A stretch of 64,000 nucleotides of DNA, from NCBI GenBank assembly GCA_963734495.1, contig CAVTHK010000002.1, positions 64,001 to 128,000 on the forward strand, in the 5' to 3' direction. Both the position numbers and the translations under genes were made by a program. The DNA comes from an uncultured Spirochaetota bacterium (GTDB lineage: Bacteria; Spirochaetota; Spirochaetia; SZUA-6; CAVTHK01). Shown piece by piece: positions 9,786-19,294 of this stretch. Under the pieces are notes generated by a model that saw only the letters and a list, made by a program, of their open reading frames with translations, had not been told where the DNA came from and made no database searches. Positions within the stretch are counted from its first letter, which is position 1, and every line of letters begins with the position of its first letter.

Positions 9786-10379
9786 ATGAAGAAACTTGCG
9801 GTTCTCGCCGTGCTGGCCGTCGCGCTGGTCCTCACGGGGTGCGGAAACCCGCCGAAAGCCGACATCGACGCGGCCAAGGCGGCCTACAGCGCGGCCGTGG
9901 CGGCTCAGGCCGAAGCCTTTGCTCCCGACGCATTTGCGCGCGCCAAGGCCGCGATCGCCGCTCTCGATGCCGAGGTGGCAGCCCAGGCCCGTAAAATCTT
10001 CAAGGGCTACGACAAGGCGAAGAGTCTGGCCGCGGCCGCGCGCAAGGCCTCGGACGACGCCCGCGCCGCCGCGGAAACGCGCAAGACCGAGCTGAAGAAC
10101 GAGCTGCCCAGGACTCTCGCGTCGCTGCGGGACGGCGTGAGGACAACCCAGACCAAGCTCGCGGGCGCCCTCGCGATCCGGGGCATCAGCCTCGACGCCG
10201 CCGGGGCGAGGAACGACCTGGCCTCCGTCGCGCAGCTGCTGACCCAGGCGCAGAGCGACCTCGACGCGGGCCGGCTGGCCGACGCTTCAACGAAAGCGAA
10301 CCAGGCCCGTGACCTGCTCGCCCGCGTGAACAAGACCATCGACGACGCCCGCGCCGCCGCTACCGTAAAGAAGAGGTAG
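9786..10379 (+). CDS. Alanine-rich coiled-coil lipoprotein (DUF4398-like)
   Basis: Lipobox MKKLAVLAVLAVALVLTG-C; PPKADIDAAKAA..A.AFAP pattern. Confidence 0.7.
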   Translation: MKKLAVLAVLAVALVLTGCGNPPKADIDAAKAAYSAAVAAQAEAFAPDAFARAKAAIAALDAEVAAQARKIFKGYDKAKSLAAAARKASDDARAAAETRKTELKNELPRTLASLRDGVRTTQTKLAGALAIRGISLDAAGARNDLASVAQLLTQAQSDLDAGRLADASTKANQARDLLARVNKTIDDARAAATVKKR

Positions 10380-11595
10380 CAGGCCCCTGCCTTCGGGCGC
10401 AGTCGCCCCCCGCGAGGGCGCGGCCTTCCCGGGCGCGCTCTCGGGGGGCGCGCCCGGCGCGGGCGGCGCCGTTGCGGGCGCCTCAGCCGGAACCACGTTC
10501 TGATAGTACGTCGGGTCCGCGCGCAGGAGCGCCGCCTTGAGCAGGCGCAGCCTCACCACCACGCTGCCCTGGTCCGCCGGGTACCAGAAGAAGCGGTGCC
10601 CGTCGTTTCTCCAGTAGCGCGGCTCGACCTCCCCCCTGAACGGCGGCCTCACCTGCTGCAGCCACTTCAACGAGGGATCGCGCAGGGTCGCCTTCGGATT
10701 CTCGAACCGTATGACCGAGTCGTGGACCCCGCGCTCGTCCGCGGGCGCCCAGTCGGTCGACTGCACGTAGCGGATCGCGCCGGTTCCCAGGTCGATGGAC
10801 TGGATGACGGCCGAGTGCTTGAACGTACCGTCCGTGCCGCGGAACAGGATGATGTCGCCCGGCCTCAGGTCCTCTATCCGCTCGCTCGTGACCTCGGTGT
10901 ACCGGTTGCGGGGGTCGAGGAACGACAACCCGACGTACTGCGCGGCCCGCGACGGCGCCACGGCCCAGGCGCGCCCCAGCTCGACGTCCGCGTCGACCCC
11001 GTGCGCGAGCATCACCGCCTTCTCGATGTCGTAGACGAACCCCGCGCAATCGACCCCGAGGCCGGCGACCGCGTACAGGTAGTTGTAGACGTCGGTCTGG
11101 CTCACCGTGCCGCCGAAGCGCAGCACATGGACGCGCGTCTCCGTGCCGGGGTAGGGCCCCATCTCGAGCAGCCCGAGGAGCTTGGGGTCGTACGAGACGG
11201 TGTAGCCGCGCCGCTCGAGGTCGAAGATCACCGCCTGCTCCCGCGGCTCCATCAGCCGCGTCACGTACGCGCGGAACGCGTCGGAGGCCAGGACGGCGTC
11301 GATCAGGGGCCAGAGCTGCTCGGGGGCGCCTTTGGCTCCGAGCACGAACTCCTGCGTGTAGCCGGGCGTGCCTTCGCGCTCGCCGTTCATCCCGAAGGGC
11401 ATGCGCAGGGTCATCGCCTGGCCGCCGATGCGATAGAGCTTGAAGAACCTGCGATACGCGGTATCGATCAGCCGCTCGACGGTCGCCTCGACGGGCCCCT
11501 TGACCCGCGCGGGCGCCGGGGCGGCGGGGGCGTCGGCCTCCAGTCGAGCGAGCAGCAGCAGGCTCGAAAGCCAGCCTGCCGAAGGTGCGCAGCAT
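10287..11595 (-). CDS. Secreted protein with an NlpC/P60-like papain-fold domain; probable frameshift near the start
   Basis: GVDCAGFV, LRPGDIILF and KHSAVI (Cys-His dyad); signal-like start split between frames near 11565; both ends uncertain. Confidence 0.6.
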
Positions 11596-11867
11596 GCCTT
11601 CTCCCGTGGCGCGATTATGCCCGCCGCCGCCGCGCGCGTCCACAGGCCGGGACGGGCCGGAACGTTGCCGCCGGCGCCGCGAATGGTGTTGACCGCGCCT
11701 GACGGGCAAAGATACCTTACAAACCTGAGGGGAGAACGCCGGGCTGCGCCCGGGCCGGCCTGACAGGCGGCCCGGCCGGGGTATGCCCGGCGGAGCCCCT
11801 CGATACCAGCAGGCCTGGCCTCGACGGCCGGGCAGCCTCGCCCCGGGCGGCCAGGCAGGGAGGCACT

Positions 11868-12782
11868 ATGCCGGCACGATCCAGCTGGAAAGGATTCCTC
11901 AAGCTCAGCCTGGTCTCGGTCCCGGTCAAGGCTTACACCGCCAACGCCACCGGAAGCGAGATCACGCTGCACCAGCTTCACTCCAAGTCCCACACCCGGA
12001 TCCAGTACAAGAAGGTCGCGCCCGGGGTGGGGGAGGTGGGCGCCGAGGAGATCGTCAAGGGCTACGAGTACGCCAAGGGCCAGTACGTGGTCATCGACGA
12101 CGACGAGCTCGACAAGCTGCGCACGGAGAGCGACAAGTCCGTGCGCATCGACGGGTTCATCAAGCCGCAGCAGGTCGACGGCATCTACTACGGGGGCCGC
12201 ACCTACTACCTCACGCCGGACGGGGCGGTGGGGCAGAAGCCCTACACGCTCCTGCTGCGGAGCATGGAGGCCAACGGGGTCTGCGCGATCGCCGAAGTCG
12301 TGATCTCCCAGAGGGAGCAGGTGGTGCTGCTGCGGCCGGTGGACGGCGTGCTCGCCATGACGGTGCTGAACCGGCACGACCAGGTCAAGCTGGCGTCGGC
12401 CTTTAAGGATGAGATCCAGGAGAGCCCCGCCACCGAAGCCGAAGTGGCGCTCACAAACACGCTCATCAACGCTTCGATGATCCAGAGCTTCGACTTCGCG
12501 CGCTATCGCGACACCTACAAGGACAAGCTCACCAAGCTGATCCAGCTCAAGGTCGAAGGGCAGGAGATCGTGCAGGTGCACGATCCGGAGGAGCCCAAGA
12601 TCATCAACCTCATGGAGGCGCTCAAGCGCAGCGTCGCGGAGGCGCAGGCCGCGGGCGCGGCCCGGGAGGCCGGAGGCAACGGCAGCTCGAGCGAGGCGGA
12701 CAAGGCCGACCTCAAGCAGGCGCCCAGCGCAAAGGCGCGGAAGACCACGCAGACCACGCAGAAGAAGAGGAAAGTTGGATAG
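11868..12782 (+). CDS. ku: NHEJ DNA-end-binding protein Ku
   Basis: RSSWKGFLKLSLVSVPVKAY, EIVKGYEY, YRDTYKDKL, INLMEALKRSV and a basic C-terminal tail. Confidence 0.97.
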   Translation: MPARSSWKGFLKLSLVSVPVKAYTANATGSEITLHQLHSKSHTRIQYKKVAPGVGEVGAEEIVKGYEYAKGQYVVIDDDELDKLRTESDKSVRIDGFIKPQQVDGIYYGGRTYYLTPDGAVGQKPYTLLLRSMEANGVCAIAEVVISQREQVVLLRPVDGVLAMTVLNRHDQVKLASAFKDEIQESPATEAEVALTNTLINASMIQSFDFARYRDTYKDKLTKLIQLKVEGQEIVQVHDPEEPKIINLMEALKRSVAEAQAAGAAREAGGNGSSSEADKADLKQAPSAKARKTTQTTQKKRKVG

Positions 12783-13737
12783 AGCAGGCGGCGACCGGCT
12801 CCCGCGGTTCATCCCGCCGATGCTCGCCGTCCTCGGCGAGCCGTTCGATTCCGAGGAGCACCTGTACGAGGTCAAGTGGGACGGCATTCGCGCGCTCGCC
12901 CTGGTCGAGCGCGGCGGGCTGCGCCTGCTCAGCCGAAACGAGCAGCCCCTCGCGTCCCGCTACCCGGAGCTGGCGGAGCTGTCCGCGCTCCGCCCCGGGG
13001 TGGCGCTCGACGGCGAGATCGTGGCGCTCCGCGACGGCAAGCCCGACTTCAACGCGGTCCTGCGGCGCGGGGGCCTGGGCAGGGGCAAGCGATGGGGTCC
13101 GCCCGAGTCGTCCGGCCGGGATGCGGCCGGCGACGCCCCGGTGACGTACGTAGCCTTCGACATCCTCTACAAGGACCACGGGACGCTGATGCCGCTCCCG
13201 CTCGAGGAGCGGCGCAAGCACCTCGAGGAGCTGCTCGCGCCCGCGATCTCGCCGCGGCTCGTGCTCTCGGAGGGCGTGCGCGGGGCCGGGACCGCGCTCT
13301 ACCGCGAGGTCTGTGAAAAAGGGCTCGAAGGCGTCGTCGCCAAACGGCTTGCGAGCGCCTACGCGCCGGGCAAACGCAACGGCGCCTGGGTCAAGATCAA
13401 GCGCCGCCTCCGCGCGGTCTGCCTGGTCATCGGGTTCCTGGAGAAAGAAGGCCGCGACTTCCAGTGCCTCCTGGTGGCCACGAACCAGGTCCCGGGCGCC
13501 GATCCCGAGCCCGGCCCGCTGCGTTACGTGGGCCGGGTGGGCGGAGGGTTCAGCGAGGCCGTGCGGCGGCGGGTCAACGAGCTGATCTGGCCGCGGATCG
13601 TCCGCTCGCCGATCGTCCCCTGCCCCGAGCGGGGCGTGTGGATTGAAGCGGCCCTGTTTTGTACTGTAAGCTTCGCCGAGCTCACCGAGGCCGGCCTGCT
13701 GCGGGCCCCGGTGTTCGAAGGACTGGTCGAAGCGTAA
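12775..13737 (+). CDS. Stand-alone ATP-dependent DNA ligase (adenylation domain + OB fold; LigD-LIG/LigC-like)
   Basis: Intact motifs EVKWDGIR, LDGEIV, YVAFDIL, GLEGVVAKR and WVKIK; OB fold YVGRVGGGFS..LRAPVFEGL; overlaps the ku stop codon. Confidence 0.92.
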   Translation: MDRAGGDRLPRFIPPMLAVLGEPFDSEEHLYEVKWDGIRALALVERGGLRLLSRNEQPLASRYPELAELSALRPGVALDGEIVALRDGKPDFNAVLRRGGLGRGKRWGPPESSGRDAAGDAPVTYVAFDILYKDHGTLMPLPLEERRKHLEELLAPAISPRLVLSEGVRGAGTALYREVCEKGLEGVVAKRLASAYAPGKRNGAWVKIKRRLRAVCLVIGFLEKEGRDFQCLLVATNQVPGADPEPGPLRYVGRVGGGFSEAVRRRVNELIWPRIVRSPIVPCPERGVWIEAALFCTVSFAELTEAGLLRAPVFEGLVEA

Positions 13738-13740
13738 GCG

Positions 13741-14908
13741 ATGGAGGGCAACGATTCTCTTGCCGGCCGCGAGCTGGCGTTCACGGGTCGCCTCGTGTCC
13801 ATGACCCGGGCGGAGGCGATCGAGCGGCTCGCGCGAGCGGGGGCCCGGTGCGTCCGGACGCCCACCGAGTCGACCGACCTGCTGGTCGCCGGTCAGGCGA
13901 GGGGGCCGCTCCTCGAGGACGGCGGCCTCGCGGGCAACCTGGCCCGCTTCCGCGAGCTCAAGGAAGACGGAGCTTCGATCCGGCTCATCGAGGAGACCGA
14001 GCTCCTGCGGCTGCTCGGCGTCCCGGAGGAGATCGAGGACTTCACCCGGCTCTACACCACTGTGCAGGTCAGCCGCATCGTCGACGCGCCGCTCTCCGAA
14101 GTGCGCGGGTGGCTGCGCAACGGCCTGATCCAGCCCGCCCGCGTAGCCAAGCGCCTCGCGTGGTTCGAGTTCCGCGACATCGTCCACGCCCGCTCGCTCA
14201 GCCGCCTCGCGGCGTCGGGGATCCCGGCCGCGCGCATCCGGCGCAGCCTGGGCGAGATCTCGCGGTGGCTTCCCGACGCGGACCGGATGATCGGCCGCAT
14301 CGAGGCCTACGACCGGCGGCTGCGGGTGCGCCTGCAGGGCGGGGGCTGGGCGGAGCCGAGCGGCCAGATGCTGCTGGATTTCGCGGCCGAGCGCGGCGGC
14401 GAATCGCGCGTGGCCGTTTTCCCGCGCGGGCAACGCGGAAGCGCGGCTCGACACCGCGCCCTGGTTCTACCAGGGCGTCGCAGCCGAGGAGCGCGGCGAC
14501 CTGGAGGGCGCGGCCGAAGCGTACCGGCGCGCCGCCGGCGCCGTCCCGGAGCCCGAGACGTGCTTCAACCTCGGCAACGTTCTCTACGACCTCGGCCGCG
14601 AGGTCGAGGCCGCCGAGCGGTACCTGCAGGCGATCGAAGCGGACCGCGACTTCGCCGAGGCCTGGAACAACCTCGGCAACTCGATGGCCGCCCTGGGAAA
14701 GCTGGAGGACGCGGTGCACGCCTACGAGACGGCGCTGGCGCTCGAGCCCGCGTATGCGGACGCGCACTGCAACCTCGCGGCCGTGCTGGAGCGGCTCGGC
14801 CGGCCGGCGCAGGCGCTCGAGCACAGGGCCTCTTGCGAGAAAGCCTACCCGACGCGGCGGCACCTCGAGCTGCTGCACGGCGGAGCTGCGGACGAGGGCG
14901 AGGAGTAG
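13741..14908 (+). CDS. BRCT + MerR-type HTH + TPR protein; frameshift near 14430
   Basis: LAGRELAFTGRLVSMTRAEA..TDLLVAG (LigA-type BRCT); YTTVQVSRIV..VRGWLRNGLIQP..FEFRDI (MerR HTH); about 4 TPRs in the shifted frame (FNLGNVLYDLG, AEAWNNLG, ADAHCNLA). Confidence 0.85.
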
Positions 14909-14926
14909 GCGGCTCTTCCGGGGCGG

Positions 14927-16943
14927 CTACAGGTACCTGCTCAGCGCCGCAATGGCGGGCGCAAGGTCCTGCGGCTTCGAGAGCGAGGGCCGGAACAGGT
15001 CGCCCGTGCGCTCGACGCGGGCGGGCGCGTTGGCGAGCGTGAAGTCCGCGACGCGGAAGTCGCTTTCGAGCTCGTCCCACTGCAGCGGCATCGAGACGGA
15101 GGCTGCTTCCACCGGGCGCACCACGTAAGGCGGCACGACGGTCTGCTCCCGCCTGTTCTGCAGGAAATCGACGTAGACCTTGCCCTCGCGCCGGCCGATC
15201 ACGCGCTCGACCGTGGCGATGTCGCCGTGGTCGCGCACCAGCAGGCGCGCGACGGCTTCCGAGAACATGCGGCTCTGCTCGTACGTGTAGCCCGGCGCGA
15301 GCGGGATGAACACGTGAAGCCCCGATGAGCCCGACGTCTTCAGGAACGGCTCCAGCCCGAGCCCGCGCAGAAGCTTGCCCGCCTCCCGCGCGATCTTGAT
15401 CACGCTCGAAAAGGGAGCGTCCTTGGGGTCGAGGTCGAGGACGGCCCAGTCGGGCGAGTCGAGGCTTCCGCGACGGGAAAACCAGGGGTGAAGGTCGATG
15501 CTCCCCAGGTTGATCAGGTGCAGCAGGGTGCGCCGGTCGTTGCAGACGATGTAGCGCGCCGGCTCCTCTCCCTCGCGGGCCACGTCGGCCGTCTCGACCC
15601 AGTCGGGCAGGCCGTCGGGGAGCGCCTTCTGATAGAAGGACTTGCCGCGGATCCCGTCGGGCCAGCGGTACATGTGCAGCGGCCGCTCCCGCAGGTACGG
15701 CAGGATGTGGTCGGCGATCCGGTCGTAGTACGCGTACAGGTCCGCCTTGGTGTAGCCCTGCTCCGGCCAGTACACCTTTCGGGGATTCGTGAGGGGCGAC
15801 GGCGCGGGCGCTGCCGCCGCGCGGAGCGCGGCCTTTGTCCGCTTGCGTCCCGTGACGGCGATGAGCCGCCAGTCTTCGGAGCGTCCCGCGCGATACGGGC
15901 TTTCGGCGCGCTTGGCGACGATCGCCGGCAGCCCCGCTCCTGCGGCCGCTTCGGCGAGCTCCGCCCCTCGCTCGGCAATCGGGTCGACCGGCAGCACGTG
16001 AGGCAGCTCCGGAAGCAGGTTGCGCAGGGCGGCCTTTCGCTCCCGCAGCGGCAGCCCGCGCAGGTCCCACTCCTCGGCGTAGAGCACGTCGTAGAGGTAG
16101 AGCAGGATGCCCTGCCCGTCGCCCGCGAGCCTGGCGTCGAGGGCCTCGCGGGAGGGGCGGCCTTGGGCATCGAGGGCGACGAGGACGCCGTCGAGGAGCG
16201 CCGTCTCGGCCCGGACGGACTCGAGCTCCTTGACGATGCGCGGCAGGAGCGGCGCCAGGTCCTCCTTGTCCGCGCTGAGGCTCGGCGCTCGACCCTTCGA
16301 TCGCCGCGAGCACCCTCCTCCCGACAAAGCCGGGCTCGAACATCCAGGCGGGGTCGGAGAAGGGCTCGAAGCCCTCCGCCGGCTCCATCAAGCCGGGCTT
16401 GCGGGGGGCCGGCGCGCGCCGCGCCCGCGAGAGGTCGACGCCGGCGAACAGGTCGCTGCCCGAGCCCGCGTAGCGGTCGCGCGCCTTGAAGAGCAGCCAG
16501 TCCCGGCCGCCTTCGCGCTTCGTCTGCACGAGGTGCCACTCCCCGCGCAGCCGGCGGCCCTTGAGCACGAGCTTGAGCTCCCCTTCGGCAAGGGCCTGGG
16601 TGACGTCCTTGCTCCGGAGCAGCTCGTAGTCCCCCGTGTCCCAGATCTGCATGGTACCCGCGCCGTACTCGCCCGTGGGGATGACGCCGGAGAAGGTCTC
16701 GTACTCGAGGGGGTGGTCTTCGGTGCGGACCGCGAGCCGCTTGTCCGCGGGGTCGTACGAGAAGCCTTTGGGCACCGCGAACGAGGCGAGGGCTTCGCCC
16801 GCCACGAAGCGGAAATCGTAGTGAAGCCGGCGCGCCTCGTGGCGGTGCACGACGAAGACCGGCCGGAGCCGCTGCTCCGCGGCCGGCTCCGGCTCGGGCG
16901 TCCTCGAGAAATCGCGCTTGCGTTTGTATTCCGCGGTCCCCAT
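14927..16943 (-). CDS. ligD: LigD-like protein: phosphoesterase + inactivated ligase domain + primase-polymerase; frameshift near 16280
   Basis: PE: YKRKRDF, HEARRLHYDFR, EDHPLEY, GEYGAG. POL: LTNPRKVYWP, FYQK, DLDP, KTSGSSGLHV, YVDFLQN. Middle domain has EPGFVGRR in place of ExKxDGxR. Confidence 0.9.
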
Positions 16944-17035
16944 GGCCGCGGTCAATGTAACCGCCGGATGAGCGCGTTTCCAAGCGGGAACCCGGGCTTG
17001 ATCACCGCCCCGTCGCTGCGCTATCTTCTGAGGCG

Positions 17036-17284
17036 ATGCCGATCTACGAGTACATGTGCCGCGAGTGCGGCACTCGCAACGAGTTCCTCGAAGGCGTGAC
17101 CAGCGAGAAGGTGGACAAGGTCTGCTCCGAGTGCGGGAGCGGCGATCTCACCAAGCTGATTTCGATGGCGGCCTTTACCGTCGCCGGCGGCCATTCGTCG
17201 GCCGAGGGCGCCTGCGCCTGCGGCCACGAAGGCCACGGTCCCGAAGGCGGCTGCTGCGGCGGGGACTGCGCCTGCAACAACTGA
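17036..17284 (+). CDS. FmdB family zinc-ribbon protein
   Basis: MPIYEYMCRECG..CSECGS..KLIS with a Cys-rich tail. Confidence 0.9.
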   Translation: MPIYEYMCRECGTRNEFLEGVTSEKVDKVCSECGSGDLTKLISMAAFTVAGGHSSAEGACACGHEGHGPEGGCCGGDCACNN

Positions 17285-17301
17285 GGCTCGCGCCGGCGGG
17301 C

Positions 17302-18234
17302 CTACAGGTACTCCGCGAGCGCGGGGTCCATCTCTCCGTAGTCGCCGCGCGCGAGCAGCGTCTCGAGCGCGGCGGGACCTGTGGGCTGCGTCGCGCCGCG
17401 CTGGGCGGCCACCAGCGCCCCCATGGCGTTGCCGCGGCGGCAGGCTTCCTTCAAATTTCCATTCCTCAATAGCCCGTCGAGAAAGCCCGCGGTGAACGCG
17501 TCGCCGGAGCCCGTCGTGTCGACGAGCCTGACGCGGAACGCTGGGCAGTAGGTCTTCTCGCCCGCGCGCGCCGCGGCGTAAGCGCCGCCCGCCCCCATGG
17601 TCACGAGGCAGTACTCGAGGTCGCCCCGCTCCATCAGCGAGTCGACCCGCTCAGGGATCGATCGCCCGCGGAGGCCGAGCATCGTCGCGAGCGCGGCGAG
17701 CTCGTCGTGGTTGAGCTTGACCACATTGCTGCGGGCGAGCGACTCAACGATGACGGCGCGGCTGTAGCACTCTTTTCTCAGGTTCACATCATAGAGGGCG
17801 TAGCGGCCGCGAAAGCGCGAGAGCATGCCGGCGAGCGTCGCGCGCGAGCCCGGAGTGCGCTGCACCAGCGTCCCGAAGCAGAGGCAGTCGGCCTCAGCCG
17901 CGAGCTGCTCGAGCGCGGCGTCGAGGTCGATGTGGTCGTAGGCGGCCGGAGAATTGATGGTGAAGTCAGGGTTCCCGGCCGCATCGACGAAGACCTTCAC
18001 GGTGCCCGTGGGCCACGCGGGCTTCCGCTGGATGAACGTCGTGTCCATGCCGAGCGCCGTCATCTGCGCCAGGGCCCGGTCGCCGAGTGAGTCGGTGCCG
18101 AGCGCGCTCACCATCGCGGCCCGGTGCCCGAGAGAGCCGATGCGGTAGGCGAAGTTCAGCGGCGCGCCGCCGAGGACCGGGCCGTCCGGCAGCAGGTCCC
18201 AGAGAGCCTCGCCAAAGGCGACGACTTCGGCCAT
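17302..18234 (-). CDS. PfkB family carbohydrate kinase (fructokinase-like)
   Basis: FGEALWD, GGAPLNFA, DVNLR and DTTGSGDAFTAGF motifs. Confidence 0.92.
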   Translation of the reverse strand: MAEVVAFGEALWDLLPDGPVLGGAPLNFAYRIGSLGHRAAMVSALGTDSLGDRALAQMTALGMDTTFIQRKPAWPTGTVKVFVDAAGNPDFTINSPAAYDHIDLDAALEQLAAEADCLCFGTLVQRTPGSRATLAGMLSRFRGRYALYDVNLRKECYSRAVIVESLARSNVVKLNHDELAALATMLGLRGRSIPERVDSLMERGDLEYCLVTMGAGGAYAAARAGEKTYCPAFRVRLVDTTGSGDAFTAGFLDGLLRNGNLKEACRRGNAMGALVAAQRGATQPTGPAALETLLARGDYGEMDPALAEYL

Positions 18235-18248
18235 CGCGCGCCTCGGCC

Positions 18249-19196
18249 TCAGCCGCGGGCCGTCAGCCCGGCCGCGGCGAGGATCCCGCGGATCGCCTCT
18301 TTGTCCTTGTCCTCGGCCGGGAGCAGTGGACGGCGGGGGAAGCCTCCGCGGTAGCCGACCATGTCCATCGCGGCCTTCAGGCCGGGCACTCCGTAGGTCG
18401 CCGTGATCGCGTCGTTCAGGGCGAAGACGCGCAGCTGCAGCGCCCGCGCCTCGTCGTGCCTGCCCGCGGCGACCGCTTCGACGATGGCGACGCTCTCGTC
18501 GGGCGCCACGTTGGCGAGCGCCACGACGCCGCCGGTCGCGCCCAGCGCGCACCCGGCGTACAGGACGCTCGCGGTGCCGACGAGCACCGCGAAGTCGGGG
18601 CTCACGCGCCTGATGATGTCGGCGAGCTGCGGCACGTTGCCGCTCGAGTCCTTGATGCCCTTGATGTTCGGGTGGGTCGCGAGGCGCGCCACGAGGTCGG
18701 CGCTCATGTTGACGCCGGTGAACTTCGGGACGTTGTAGAGGAGGACCGGCACCGGGCTCGCGTCGGCGACCTCGCGGAAGTAGGTCTCCATCCTCTTGTC
18801 CGAGAGCTTGTAGTAGTGGGGCGTCACGACGAGGACCGCGTGCGCCCCGGCTTCGGCGGCGAGCCGGCTCAGGCGGATCGTCTCGCGCGTCGACTCGCAG
18901 CCCGTGCCGCCGATGACCTGCCTGCCTGGTTCACCAGGCCTGCCCGGGGCGCCGGCTCCGGGCTTGCCTGGCTGACCGGGCTTGCCGGGAGCCGCCGCCT
19001 CCACGACCGTGCGCAGCACGGCGATCTTTTCTCGTTCGTCCATAAAGACGTTCTCGCCGTTCGACCCGAAGACGACATAGCCGGCGAGCTTCGTGCGGTT
19101 CCAGCGCTCCACGTTGAACCGGAGGGCGGCGTGGTCGATCTCTCCGGCCGAGTCGAAGGGCGTGGCAATGGGGGGATAGACTCCAGCAAAACGCAT
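18249..19196 (-). CDS. Dihydrodipicolinate synthase family aldolase (HOGA-like)
   Basis: GVYPPIATPF, GSNGE, LYNVP and GIKDSSG (Schiff-base Lys). Confidence 0.9.
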   Translation of the reverse strand: MRFAGVYPPIATPFDSAGEIDHAALRFNVERWNRTKLAGYVVFGSNGENVFMDEREKIAVLRTVVEAAAPGKPGQPGKPGAGAPGRPGEPGRQVIGGTGCESTRETIRLSRLAAEAGAHAVLVVTPHYYKLSDKRMETYFREVADASPVPVLLYNVPKFTGVNMSADLVARLATHPNIKGIKDSSGNVPQLADIIRRVSPDFAVLVGTASVLYAGCALGATGGVVALANVAPDESVAIVEAVAAGRHDEARALQLRVFALNDAITATYGVPGLKAAMDMVGYRGGFPRRPLLPAEDKDKEAIRGILAAAGLTARG

Positions 19197-19294
19197 GATT
19201 GTTTATAGGCGCAGCGCCGCCGCCGCGTCAACCTGAATGCTTGCAGCGCCGCGGCCCTGCGACTACACTGCCCCCCGACGACAGGGGGGCAACA

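Noticed and set aside
14400-16300. Programmed frameshifting in the NHEJ genes
   Set aside because: No clear slippery heptamer with a downstream structure, and similar indels occur in unrelated genes across the window.
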